From contig OZ024747.1 of the NCBI GenBank assembly GCA_964016885.1, positions 24,862,001 to 24,926,000 of the forward strand: 64,000 bases of DNA, in the 5' to 3' direction. The position numbers and the translations under genes are program-made. This document shows, in pieces, positions 45,201 to 57,897 of the stretch. A model generated the notes under the pieces. The model was not told the DNA's origin and did not search any database. It saw nothing but the letters and a program-made list of their open reading frames with translations. Positions within the stretch are counted from its first letter, which is position 1, and each line of letters starts with the position of its first letter. The stretch comes from Eledone cirrhosa (Eukaryota).

Positions 45201-48200
45201 AGTATGTATGGTTGTTAGTACATCTATCTGTCAGTATTTATGGTTGTTAGTATATCTATCAGTCAGTATGTATGGGTGTTAGTATATCTATCAGTCAGTA
45301 TGTATGGTTGTTGGTATATCTATCAGTCAGTATGTATGGTTGTTAGTACATCTATCAGTCAGTATGTATGGTTGTTGGTATATCTATCAGTCAGTATGTA
45401 TGGGTGTTAGTACATCTATCTGTCAGTATGTATGGTTGTTAGTATATCTATCTGTCAGTATGTATGGGTGTTAGTATATCTATCAGTCAGTATGTATGGT
45501 TGTTAGTACATCTATCAGTCAGTATGTATGGTTGTTAGTACATCTATCTGTCAGTATGTATGGTTGTTAGTACATCTATCAGTCAGTATGTATGGTTGTT
45601 AGTATATCTATCTGTCAGTATGTATGGGTGTTAGTATATCTATCAGTCAGCATGTTTGGTTGTTGGTATATCTATCAGTCAGTATGTATGGTTGTTAATA
45701 CATCTATCTGTCAGTATGTATGGTTGTTAGTACATCTATCAGTCAGTATGTATGGTTGTTAGTATATCTATCTGTCAGTATGTATGGTTGTTAGTACATC
45801 TATCAGTCAGTATGTATGGTTGTTAGTATATCTATCTGTCAGTATGTATGGTTGTTAGTACATCTATCTGTCAGTATGTATGGTTGTTAATACATCTATC
45901 TGTCAGTATGTATGGTTGTTAGTACATCTATCAGTCAGTATGTATGGTTGTTAGTATATCTATCTGTCAGTATGTATGGTTGTTAGTACATCTATCAGTC
46001 AGTATGTATGGTTGTTAGTATATCTATCAGTCAGTATGTATGGTTGTTAGTACATCTATCTGTATGTATGTATAGTTGTTAGTATATCTATCTGTCAGTA
46101 TGTATGGTTGTTAGTACATCTATCTGTATGTATGTATAGTTGTTAGTATATCTATCTGTCAGTATGTATGGTTGTTAGTATATCTATCTGTCAGTATGTA
46201 TGGTTGTTGGTATATCTATCTGTCAGTATGTATGGTTGTTAGTATATCTATCTGTCAGTATGCATGGTTGTTAGTACATCTATCTGTCAGTATGTATGGT
46301 TGTTAGTATATCTATCTGTCAGTATGTATGGTTGTTAGTATATCTATCTGTCAGTATGTATGGTTGTTAGTACATCTATCTGTCAGTATGTATGGTTGTT
46401 AGTATATCTATCAGTCAGTATGTATGGTTGTTAGTATATCTATCTGTCAGTATGTATGGGTGTTAGTATATCTATCAGTCAGTATGTATGGTTGTTAGTA
46501 CATCTATCAGTCAGTATGTATGGTTGTTAGTATATCTATCAGTCAGTATGTATGGTTGTTAGTATATCTATCTGTCAGTATGTATAGTTGTTAGTATATC
46601 TATCTGTCAGTATGTATGGTTGTTAGTATATCTATCTGTCAGTATGTATGGTTGTTAGTATATCTATCTGTCAGTATGTATGGTTGTTAGTATATCTATC
46701 AGTCAGTATGTATGGTTGTTAGTACATCTATCAGTCAGTATGTATGGTTGTTAGTATATCTATCAGTCAGTATGTATGGTTGTTAGTATATCTATCTGTC
46801 AGTATGTATAGTTGTTAGTATATCTATCTGTCAGTATGTATGGTTGTTAGTACATCTATCAGTCAGTATGTATGGTTGTTAGTATATCTATCAGTCAGTA
46901 TGTATGGTTGTTAGTACATCTATCATTCAGTATGTATGGTTGTTAGTATATCTATCAGTCAGTATGTATGGTTGTTAGTATATCTATCAGTCAGTATGTA
47001 TGGTTGTTAGTACATCTATCAGTCAGTATGTATGGTTGTTAGTATATCTATCAGTCAGTATGTATGGTTGTTAGTATATCTATCTGTCAGTATGTATAGT
47101 TGTTAGTATATCTATCTGTTAGTATGTATGGTTGTTAGTATATCTATCAGTCAGTATGTATGGTTGTTAGTACATCTATCAGTCAGTATGTATGGTTGTT
47201 AGTATATCTATCAGTCAGTATGTATGGTTGTTAGTATATCTATCTGTCAGTATGTATAGTTGTTAGTATATCTATCAGTCAGTATGTATGGTTGTTAGTA
47301 TATCTATCAGTCAGTATGTATGGTTGTTAGTATATCTATCTGTCAGTATGTATGGTTGTTAGTATATCTCTCAGTCAGTATGTATGGTTGTTAGTATATC
47401 TATCAGTCAGTATGTATGGTTGTTAGTATATCTCTCAGTCAGTATGTATGGTTGTTAGTATATCTATCTGTCAGTATGTATGGTTGTTAGTATATCTCTC
47501 AGTCAGTATGTATGGGTGTTAGTATATCTATCAGTCAGTATGTATGAGTGTTAGAATATCTATCAGTCAGTATATACGGTTGTTAGTATATCTATCTGTC
47601 AGTATGTATGGGTGTTAGTATATCTATCTGTCAGTATGTATGGTTGTTAGTATATCTATCTGTCAGTATGTATGGTTGTTAGTATATCTATCTGTCAGTA
47701 TGTATGGTTGTTAGTATATCTATCTGTCAGTATGTATGGTTGTTAGTATATCTATCTGTCAGTATGTATGGTTGTTAGTACATATATCAGTCAGTATGTA
47801 TGGTTGTTAGTATATCTATTAGTCAGTATGTATGGTTGTTAGTACATCTATCAGTCAGTATGTATGGTTGTTAGTATATCTATCAGTCAGTATGTATGGT
47901 TGTTAGTACATCTATCAGTCAGTATGTATGGTTGTTAGTATATCTATCAGTCAGTATGTATGGTTGTTAGTACATCTATCAGTCAGTATGTATGGTTGTT
48001 AGTACATCTATCTGTCAGTATGTATGGTTGTTAGTACATCTATCTGTCAGTATGTATGGGTGTTAGTATATCTATCAGTCAGTATGTATGGTTGTTAGTA
48101 CATCTATCTGTCAGTATGTATGGGTGTTAGTACATCTATCTGTCAGTATGTATGGTTGTTAGTACATCTATCAGTCAGTATGTATGGTTGTTAGTACATC

Positions 48201-48760
48201 TATCAGTCAGTATGTATGGTTGTTAGTACATCTATCTGTCAGTATGTATGGTTGTTAGTACATCTATCTGTCAGTATGTATGGTTGTTAGTACATCTATC
48301 TGTCAGTATGTATGGTTGTTAGTACATCTATCTGTCAGTATGTATGGTTGTTGGTATATCTATCAGTCAGCATGTATGGTTGTTGGTATATCTATCAGTC
48401 AGCATGTATGGTTGTTGGTATATCTATCAGTCAGCATGTATGGTTGTTGGTATATCTATCAGTCAGCATGTATGGTTGTTGGTATATCTATCAGTCAGCA
48501 TGTATGGTTGTTAGTACATCTATCTGTCAGTATTTATGGTTGTTAGTATATCTATCAGTCAGTATGTATGGTTGTTGGTATATCTATCAGTCAGTATGTA
48601 TGGTTGTTAGTACATCTATCTGTCAGTATGTATGGTTGTTGGTATATCTATCTGTCAGTATGTATGGTTGTTAGTATATCTATCTGTCAGTATGTATGGT
48701 TGTTAGTACATCTATCTGTCAGTATGTATGGTTGTTAGTACATCTATCTATCAGTATGTA
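36210..48760. repeat. 32-bp satellite array, ~390 monomers; consensus gtatgtatggttgttagtaYatctatcWgtca
   Basis: Uninterrupted 32-bp periodicity over ~12.5 kb. Confidence 0.98.
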
Positions 48761-48956
48761 TGCCTAGCTCTATGTATGGTTGCATCTATGTCTTTCTGTA
48801 TATCTGTCAGTCTGTATAAATGTCTGTCTGTCAATCAGTCACTTTCTCCTATAAAAACAATATTACACTCTCTACCCCCCCCCCTCTCTCTCTATCTATC
48901 TATCTATCTATCTCTCTACTTTCCTCAAACTGAATGTATATGACTGGCAATGTGTA

Positions 48957-48992
<36 letters not shown>

Positions 48993-49299
48993 TGAATGGA
49001 TGGTGTGTATGTCACTATATGTAAGTTGTGTGTGTGTGATTATGTGCATCTATATGTATATTTTTGTAAAGAGAGTAGTGTTCACGTGTATGTATGTGTG
49101 TGTATATGTATGTAGTATGGTAAAAAAAATTAGGTGCCAGTTCAGCAAATAAGGGAGAAAGGGAGAGAGAGGGGGAGGGGAGATTGATAGAGAAAGAAAG
49201 AGAGAGAAGGGGGAGAAATCGAGAGATAGAGAGAAAGAGGGGAGAGCCGAGAGATGGGTGGGGAGGGTAAGGAGGAGTATTAACAGCAGCAGCACTGTT

Positions 49300-49325
49300 T
49301 GACGTCAGTGATGACCTACTTCCGG
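49300..49325. promoter_or_regulatory. Adjacent CRE palindrome (TGACGTCA) and ETS motif (ACTTCCGG) in a small GC-rich unique island
   Basis: TGACGTCA at 49300-49307 and ACTTCCGG at 49318-49325; motif match only. Confidence 0.3.
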
Positions 49326-49887
49326 TAGTCCCCACCCACCCGAAACCCATATCCCCCATTCCCCTCCACCACCACCGCCGCCACCGTCAGTAAGGCTGGT
49401 GTGAGGTGTACAGCTGTGAACTTCCCTGGATCACAAACACTGGTACTACACTACACCACCACATCAACATCAACATCATCAATTGTGTGTGTGTATATAT
49501 ATGTGTATGTATATAGATATATATATATATGTGTGTGTGTGTATATATATATGTGTGTATGTATATATATATATGTGTGTGTGTGTGCATATGTGTGTAC
49601 AGTTAGTCAACACATTATCCTAATTAGAATATCCCTACACACCAGCTCTGTATGTGTGTGTATACAAATATACATATAGTACACACACAAATACATACAT
49701 ATATACATACATACATAAATACATACATAAAGATATATATACATATATATATATAATATTCTTTACTTGGAAGCCCATGGGCTTACATGTGTAAATAATA
49801 TCTGCACTCTACTTTTATTAAAGTATCGAGTACCAAGTTTTATTAGTCATTTAACTAGTAATATCTTATCCATATATGCGTGTGTGT

Positions 49888-49918
<31 letters not shown>

Positions 49919-51520
49919 AGAAGAAAGAATAGAAGCAAAAATGCCTGAGGGTGGTACTCTGCATAAAGGGTACACATATAAATAGAGTCTCACTGTCAGA
50001 ATATGGCAAGAGGGGAAACACTTCAACTGAGCCTATCTTTACAATTTCAAGATCAAAACTCCCTCTAGGAGTGTTTAGGTAAAGGAGAAGCAAAATAGGT
50101 AGAGAACTCCTATAGGTTCAGCTTTTGGGGCAATTTAAGACAATCCAATTGAAAGGATAGTCTTCATTGGTTAAAGTTTTTCCAATATTTAGCCTGCAAG
50201 ACAGATGGAAATATGATCTCCTTGATCCAAACTAAGTATTAGTTTCTTTCTTTTCCTTTTCTAGTAGTTTTAGTTATCTATCAGTCTAGAAAGGAGGAAA
50301 GATTATGTTGACCCTGGCAAGATTTGAAGCCCTTTTGATGGACTGAACCTATAAGTTAAAGGTCCAGCTGTATCATATATGATTCTGCCTGAGAACTATG
50401 CTAAGGGCAGACGTTTCTGTGGAATACTCAACCATTTAGATATTCACAGAGTAATACACAAGTTAGATACCTAAACTGATCAAACAACTGAATGCTCATT
50501 GTCAAAACTGGCAGAAAATTCATCATATATAAATATACATATGTGTATGTATATGTGTGTGTGTGTGTGTATAAGTGCCTGAATGTGTGTGTATTTATCC
50601 ATATAATTTAACTTTGATAGGTTTCAATCATTATTGACCCAGGCCATGTCTAACTTAATAACACCACTTAGTGAAGTCTTTCATATCATGATTCAGACCT
50701 CAGTCATGTTTTGTGCACCGTGGCTCTCTCTAGTAAAGAGTTATTGTTTTCGGAGACATATCTGGGTGTAAGGGGTATATCTGGAACTTCTTGAAGGATT
50801 TTGTTCAGGAACATTTGGAATTTTGTGGTATCTCTTTCTGTTCTGATGTGTTTTTGTATGATATCAAAGAGAGTGGGATCTCATAAAACAGCTATTACAT
50901 GAACAGAAAATTACATGAATAAAAAATACATTGATAAAAATAAAGTGAATAAAAATTACTCATGCAGTTTATATTGTGAGCTATGCCAGATCATAACTGT
51001 TACATAACACATAACAGTTACCATCATAATACGTATAACAGGGGTTATGTAATCAATAAACTGAGGTAAATTCTAACCTACTAGCTGCGATTTCATTGTT
51101 ATACCAATAGTCTGGAGTACACAGATCTACATGTATACTTTGCTGAGTGTTCAATCCTGTGTATACTAGTGTCAGTTGATTGACTCACACAAAATATATC
51201 AAGTATATATATCATTACCATCATCAGCTTTTAATGTCCATTTTTACACACTAGCATGGGTTAGACAAGTTTAAATGTGAGCCAAGCCAGAGCAGATGAC
51301 CATGTCCTGTTCACACTGGACTGATTTGGTATTGGTTTCTAGAGATGGATGCACTTCTTAACACCAACCACATTTACAGTGAATATTGGATTGCTTTTAT
51401 CGTGGCAACAAAACGACCACTCTACAGTGTGGACTGGGTGCTTTTTGTCATGGCACTTTGAAACTACCTCAAACAATTTGATTGAGATCTGCCTTATTGT
51501 GGCTATAACTTCAATATATT

Positions 51521-51557
<37 letters not shown>

Positions 51558-52023
51558 TAATGAATACATATATATATATATAGGTGAGCATAAAGTCTTT
51601 GAAACCATAAAACACACTGAGCTATTTGTTTCATATAGATGCTATTTTGTTACTGAAAATTATAACTTCCAATAGAAGAGAAAGTGTAAAGCATGTTCAG
51701 AAAAAAATTAAATCTATAAATTAAAACAATGAAAAAGTAAAATCTTAAATAGTATCTGAAATATGGTATTTTATAACCAGGGAAAGACTTTATGCTCACC
51801 CTGTATATGCGTATATATATATAATTAAGTATATAGATGGAAAAATAGTATTTTAAATCATATTTAATTCTTTACACATATTTCAAGGGAGTTGTACATC
51901 CAATTCTTCGAAAATGTTATGAGACAATTTGCATAGTTAACTGTACACTATTGTGGCAATTATATATTATCAAATATAATTCTCTGCTCTCCTTTGAGCC
52001 TTGTATATTTAGTTTTACATTTG

Positions 52024-52104
<81 letters not shown>

Positions 52105-52137
52105 GTGTATGTGTATATATATATGTGTGTGTGTATA

Positions 52138-52180
<43 letters not shown>

Positions 52181-52224
52181 TGAGTGTATGTGTATATATA
52201 TATATGTGTGTGTCTGTGTATATG

Positions 52225-52294
<70 letters not shown>

Positions 52295-52495
52295 TATAGA
52301 CATATGCATATAAAATTATTGATGATACAAGTCTCATAGTAGAGAATATCTTAAATTATTGGAATATTGGAATAAAACTGCAATTACACCGCGACACTGC
52401 AGTCAGTACATCAAAGTAAATTGGTAAATTTTTATTTTATCTTGTTTACTTTTCCCACATGTAATTTTATATATGCATATATATATGTAGAATAG

Positions 52496-52749
52496 AAAAC
52501 GAAAAATCGGTGATGCATTGGAACTCAATTTATTGTGTGTTACAATTGTTTCGCCGGCGGACAGCTCGAGGCGCGATCATTGTGTGGATCTGTCTGATTC
52601 TGGACCCGCAGGTTCGACGGACACGTCTAATGATTTCGGAGCATATTCTCTCAGAGGGAGAGAATATGACGTGTCTCGAGCTGTCCACTGGCAAAACAAT
52701 TGTAACACACAATAGATTGAGTTCAGATGTATCACTGATTTTTCGTTTT
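52496..52749. mobile_element. MITE-like fold-back element with ~85-bp imperfect inverted arms containing HHR 3' half-sites
   Basis: aaaacgaaaaatcggtgatgcat...tgtgtgttacaattgtttcgccggcggacagctcgag is mirrored at ~52665-52749; flanked by TA-rich sequence. Confidence 0.75.
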
Positions 52750-53384
52750 ATATATCATACTCTGCTCTGTAAGATCATAGAGTGCTCAACCAGCATACCG
52801 CCTATGGAAGCATCTTAGCTACCATCAGACACACATATATATATATATGCATATATCAGCATCATCATCATCATTTAACATCCATTTTCCATGTTAGCAT
52901 GCATATATACATATATATGTATAGTGATATATAAGATATATTAGATATATTAATATGTGAATTTTGTATATATAATGATATATGGTATGTTTGCGAATAA
53001 ACATTTGAAAAGCCTCTTAGCTATGCATACTAAAATGCTGATGGCTAGCGCCATCTAATGGGTTCCAGCAGAAGTAGCAGGAGACAACTGCCAATGCATT
53101 TTTAGGCCATCATCAAGACAGTGCTTCCCTCGCCTTGCATTCAGTTTCGATAATCAGAATTTATTTTCTAGCTCTTTTTGGTTTCATCTATAAGGACAAA
53201 ATCATCTGGATAGAGAAGCTCCCATGGGCATCCTGTTTTAAACTCCTCTGTTATGGCCTGAAGAACTATGATGATCAACAGTTGGCTAAGGACTGAACCT
53301 TAATGAATTCCTACCTGTACCTTGAATTCCTCACTAAACTCATTTCCTATTCTCACTTTACATATATACATCATCTTCTACTTT

Positions 53385-54600
53385 GCCCACTTATTCCTGA
53401 ACAAGGTTATGGGGGACACTTATTCCTGAACAAGGTTATGGGGGACAGACAATTCTTCCAGCAGGCCCAGTCAGAAGCAACCATCTCCCACTGACCGGCT
53501 GGATCCCCAAGTGAGACTAGCCAAGCTCATGGATGTGATACAACCATCTTGCTTGGAGTCTACCCCTGGGTCTCCTGTCCAGCGATTATTTCCTGAGACA
53601 TTCTGACCACATGCCCAAAGTATCGGAGCTGTGATCTCTCAATTTGGAGAAGTAGTGGCTCTACCTGGAGTGACACTGTGATTTCCGAGCTACACACTCT
53701 ATCGTGTAACATTACTCCAAAGATCCTTCGGAGAAACCCCCATTTCAGCTGCTTGTATTCGTGATCGTATTCTTTTGGTCATTACCCAAGATTTATGATC
53801 ACAGGTAAGGGTTCGCACGAATACCGAATTGAAGATAGCAAGTTTGGCTCTGACACCTACCTCTCTTCTGATTATTGAATGCTGAAGCTGGCGTATTATT
53901 GCACCAGCTCCAGCAATTCTTGCACTTAATTCAGCCTCCTGCCTTCCATCACTTGAGAACACGGCCCCAAGATGCTTAAACTTCTCTACCTACTTCAGTG
54001 GAACTCCATTCATATGTAGAGTGCACTGCACAGGCTTCTTTGAGAGGGCATGTCTCAGTTTTCGCAGCACTGATTTTCATTCTAGCCATGCAACACTCGG
54101 CATTAAACCTATCGAGTGCAAGTCGGAGATCACCGTCTGTCAAGTTTAGTAACACCATGTCGTCTGCAAGTTCCAGTTGACTGATTTTATCTGCCAGTCA
54201 TGATACCATTTCCAACCGAGCTGCACAAATCAATCCTATTCATGTAAATAATGAACAGGAGAGGTGACAGTATACACTCTTGGCGGGGTCCGACTCCCAC
54301 ATTGAATGGTTTCGATTTAGCACCATTTATCCAAACACAAATACTCGGGCATTCATATAAAGACATCAGGGCAGCAAGAAGCTGACCAGCAATCCCATAC
54401 CCCTGCACAACCTTCCACAGCAGACCCCGAGGAATGCAGTCATATGCCTTCTCCAGATTGACAAAACAAGATTATACATCTTGGCAATACCCCCCCCCCC
54501 CGATTTCTCGAAGACCTGCTGCTGTGTGACTGGCTGTGCTGCATCCGACGCGAAAACTACACTGTTCATCAACTAGCTTGGACTTGACAATATCCCTGCA
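53385..54600 (-). pseudogene. Decayed RTE LINE (RT + 3' end)
   Basis: Minus strand gives LEKAYD, SKPFNVGVGPRQECILSPLLFIIYMNRI, ADDMVL, LRYFGHVVRM and G.RPRGR; a 28-bp duplication lies at the 3' end. Confidence 0.85.
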
Positions 54601-54959
54601 TTTCTTATATATTTCATATATATATATATATATATATTTCTATTGGCAGCATGACCCTACCAAAATATAACATATATATATATATACATATATAACTCCA
54701 GATATAGTCTCCTGATTTTTTCTTTGCAAGAATTTGTAATTCCTGCCCCACATAATAATGTAATTCTCCTTGCATACATTTCACTCATCTCAAGAGAACA
54801 TCCTCACGCATCACCGTTATGTCTTCCTGTTTTCTAAAGGTCGTAACTTTTTTGAAATATTTACTTCTGCTTCTACAGATTTATTTTTCTCAGCTTCAGA
54901 TGATCCCTCTTAGGATGAAAACAGAAATTCTTTACTTAAAGTTTTAATCTGTATTAATA

Positions 54960-54991
<32 letters not shown>

Positions 54992-54992
54992 C

Positions 54993-55150
54993 AGTTTTAA
55001 TATAGATGAGATTCTACAGGACGAGAACTGTTTCAAGAATGAAACAGTTCTAGTCCTGTAGAATCTCATCTATATTAAAACTTTTATACTCTGCAATGTA
55101 TTGAGTACCTTACTTATTGTGGTTACCTCCGATTCAACCCGGAATAACGT
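54993..55150. mobile_element. Near-perfect 43-bp hairpin plus tail; fold-back remnant of an HHR-bearing element
   Basis: 54993-55035 and 55040-55082 are inverted (one mismatch; loop agaa). The tail aatgtattgagtaccttactta.tgtggttacc is shared with 27155-27187. Confidence 0.75.
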
Positions 55151-55238
55151 ATATATATATATATATATAATCTTTATTGAGTCCTCTTTTGATTTTGGTC
55201 TTTGAATTTATATATATATATATATATATATACATATA

Positions 55239-55296
55239 TTTAATATAGAAAAGGCTTCTACAGGACTAGAACTGTTTCATTCAGGAGAAATCATCA
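55239..55296 (-). ncRNA. 5'-truncated hammerhead motif (same family as the fold-backs at 27049 and 54993)
   Basis: Minus strand reads (TA)n-TGATGA-tttc-tcct-gaat-GAAA-cagt-TC-tagtcctgtagaagcc. C3 and the 5' strand of stem I are replaced by microsatellite. Confidence 0.55.
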
Positions 55297-55539
55297 TATA
55301 TATATATATATATATATACATAATCACATACACATATATACACTCACACATACACACACACACACATATATATATACAAAAACACATACACACAGATACA
55401 TATATGTGTGTGTGTGCATGTGTGTATGAGTGTGTAATGTATGTATGTCTAAATGTGTGTGTCTCATTCATATCTCAGTGCAGCCATTGATGCTGTCTAA
55501 GTACATCTTCCTCTGTTTCTTAAGACAAGCCACTCACTC

Positions 55540-55936
55540 TTGACAACAACAACAACAGCAACAACAACAGGCCACTTGACAAACACCACCACCAACAACA
55601 ACTACAACCACCAACAATACCAAGACCCCCACCACTGCCATGACAATTACACCCCCACCACTGCCATGACCATTACACCAACAACAACAACAACAACAAC
55701 ACCATTGCCCCCACCACCACCACCAACAACAACTACACCATTACCCCCACCACCACCACCAACAACAACTACAACACCATTCCCCACCACCACCACCAAC
55801 AACAACAACGACCCACCACCACCACCACCAACAACAACGACCCACCACCACCAACAACAACGACCCACCACCACCAACAACAACGACCCACCACCACCAA
55901 CAACAACGACCCACCACCACCACCAACAACAACGAC

Positions 55937-55967
<31 letters not shown>

Positions 55968-55969
55968 CA

Positions 55970-56000
<31 letters not shown>

Positions 56001-56027
56001 CAACAACAACAACAACAACATTGACCC

Positions 56028-56059
<32 letters not shown>

Positions 56060-56390
56060 CAACACCATTGACCCACCACCACTACAACAACAACACCATT
56101 GACCCACCACAACAACAACAACAACAACAACATTCCCCACCACCACCACCACCACCAACAACAACAACAACTACAACACCATTCCCCCACCCACCACCAC
56201 CAACAACAACAACAACAACACCATTGCCCCCAACAACAATAACACCACCACTATCACCACCACCAACAACAACAACACCATTGCCCCCAACAACAATAAC
56301 AACACCACCATCACCACCACCACCAGCAACATCAACGCCATTGCCTGCATCAGCTCCACCACCACCACTCCACCATCACCACCATCAAAA
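55540..56390. repeat. (CAA)n/(CAC)n low-complexity tract
   Basis: Directly visible. Confidence 0.85.
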
Positions 56391-56654
56391 CAGTTCTCTG
56401 TCTCTCTACAGACAACAACTTAGTGTGTTTTCTCCAATCTATGCCTGTTGACACCTCCCACTTGCAAATATCTTTATTTATATTCTGTTAAAATAAAAAA
56501 ACCCTCTGTATTCTGTCATGACAGACTAAACTACACCCTAAATCCAAAGACACAGTCTTCAGTGATAATCTTGGAACTAATCTAGCTGCAGTTAAAGAAA
56601 TGTGGTACAAGTGAAACTGAAAACAAAGTCTTCAGTGACATGACAGTGATAATG

Positions 56655-57890
56655 ATTTCTAGTATAGGCACAAAGCCAGTAATTTGGTGGGAGGGGAAAG
56701 TCGATTAAATTGACCCAGTGTGTTACTGGTACTTTATTTTATCGACCCCGTAAGGATGAAAAGCAAAGTTAACCTCGGCGAGATTTGAACTCAGACCGTA
56801 AGGGGCCGTAACTCTGTGCTGCAAAGCATGGTGTCCGACTCTCTAGCGATACTGCCAATCCATTGCCCTTCCACATGACAGTGATAATAATTGTTTCTAC
56901 TTTTGGCACAAGGCCAACAATTACCCAGTGTATTACTGGTACTTTATTTTATCGACCCCCGTAAAGATGACAGGCAAAGTTAACCTCAGTGGGATTTGAA
57001 CTCAGAATGGCAAGGGCCGTAACTCTACGCGTCAAACCATGGCGTCCGACCCTCTACCAATACTGCCAATCCATCGTCATGACAGTGATAATAATAATAA
57101 TAATTATTATTATTATAGGGTGGTGGATTGGCAGAATCGATAGAGGGTCGGACACCATGCTTAGCAACATAGAGTTACGGCCCTTTGTGATCTGTGTTCA
57201 AATCCTGCCGAAGTTAACTTTGCCTTTCATCCTTACGGGGTCGATAAAATAAAGTACCAGTCACGCACTGGGATCAATTTAATCAACTTTCCCCTCCCCC
57301 AAAATTGCTGGCCTTGTGCTTAAAGTAGAAACAGTTATTATTTATAATTCAGGTACAAGGTCAGCAATTTGTGGGGAGGAGAAAGTCGACCCCAGAAGGA
57401 TGAAACAAAGTTGACTTTGTCGGGATTTGATCTCATAAAAGGTCTGAAACTAAATGTCTCTAATCCTTTTGTCCAATGCTCTAATGATTCTACCAATCTT
57501 CTGCCCATATAATAATGGTTTCTATTATAGGCACAAGGCCAGCAATTTTGAGGCAGGGGAAAGTTGATTAAATCAACCCCAGTGCAATTCTGGTGCTTTA
57601 TTTTATCAACTCTGTAAGGATGAAAGGTAAAGCTAACCTCAGCGGGATTTGAACTCAGAACGTAAAGGGCCATAACTGTATGCTGCAAAGCATGGTGTCC
57701 ACCGATACTGCCAATCCACTGCCCTTAATGGTTTCTTATTTAGGCACAAGACTGACAATTTTGGTGGAGAAGAAAGTTGATTAAATCGGCACCAGTGTGT
57801 TACAGGTAATTTATTTTATCGACCTCCATAAAGATGAAAGGCAAAGCTAACGACAGCAGGATTTGAACTCAGAATGTAAAGAGCCATAAT
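56655..57890. mobile_element. Cluster of six tRNA-derived SINE copies (five minus, one plus at 57117-57335)
   Basis: Repeated ggattggcag...gttcaaatc (A/B boxes) ...ggggtcgataaaataaagtaccag...ggccttgtgcc motifs. Confidence 0.85.
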
Positions 57891-57897
57891 TAAATTG

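Noticed and set aside
36210-48760. 32-bp repeat array as a CRISPR array or coding repeat
   Set aside because: Monomers are contiguous with no unique spacers, there are no cas genes, and the context is eukaryotic. The short ORFs arise only where variants remove a stop.
54890-54930. cagatga-tccctcttaggat-gaaa, an HHR-like string
   Set aside because: U4 is mutated and there is no UH site or stem I; at best a dead remnant.
55540-56451. 303-aa Pro/Thr-rich mucin/extensin-like ORF
   Set aside because: It is a (CAA)/(CAC) simple repeat open in several frames on both strands, with a non-ATG start and no domain or splice evidence.
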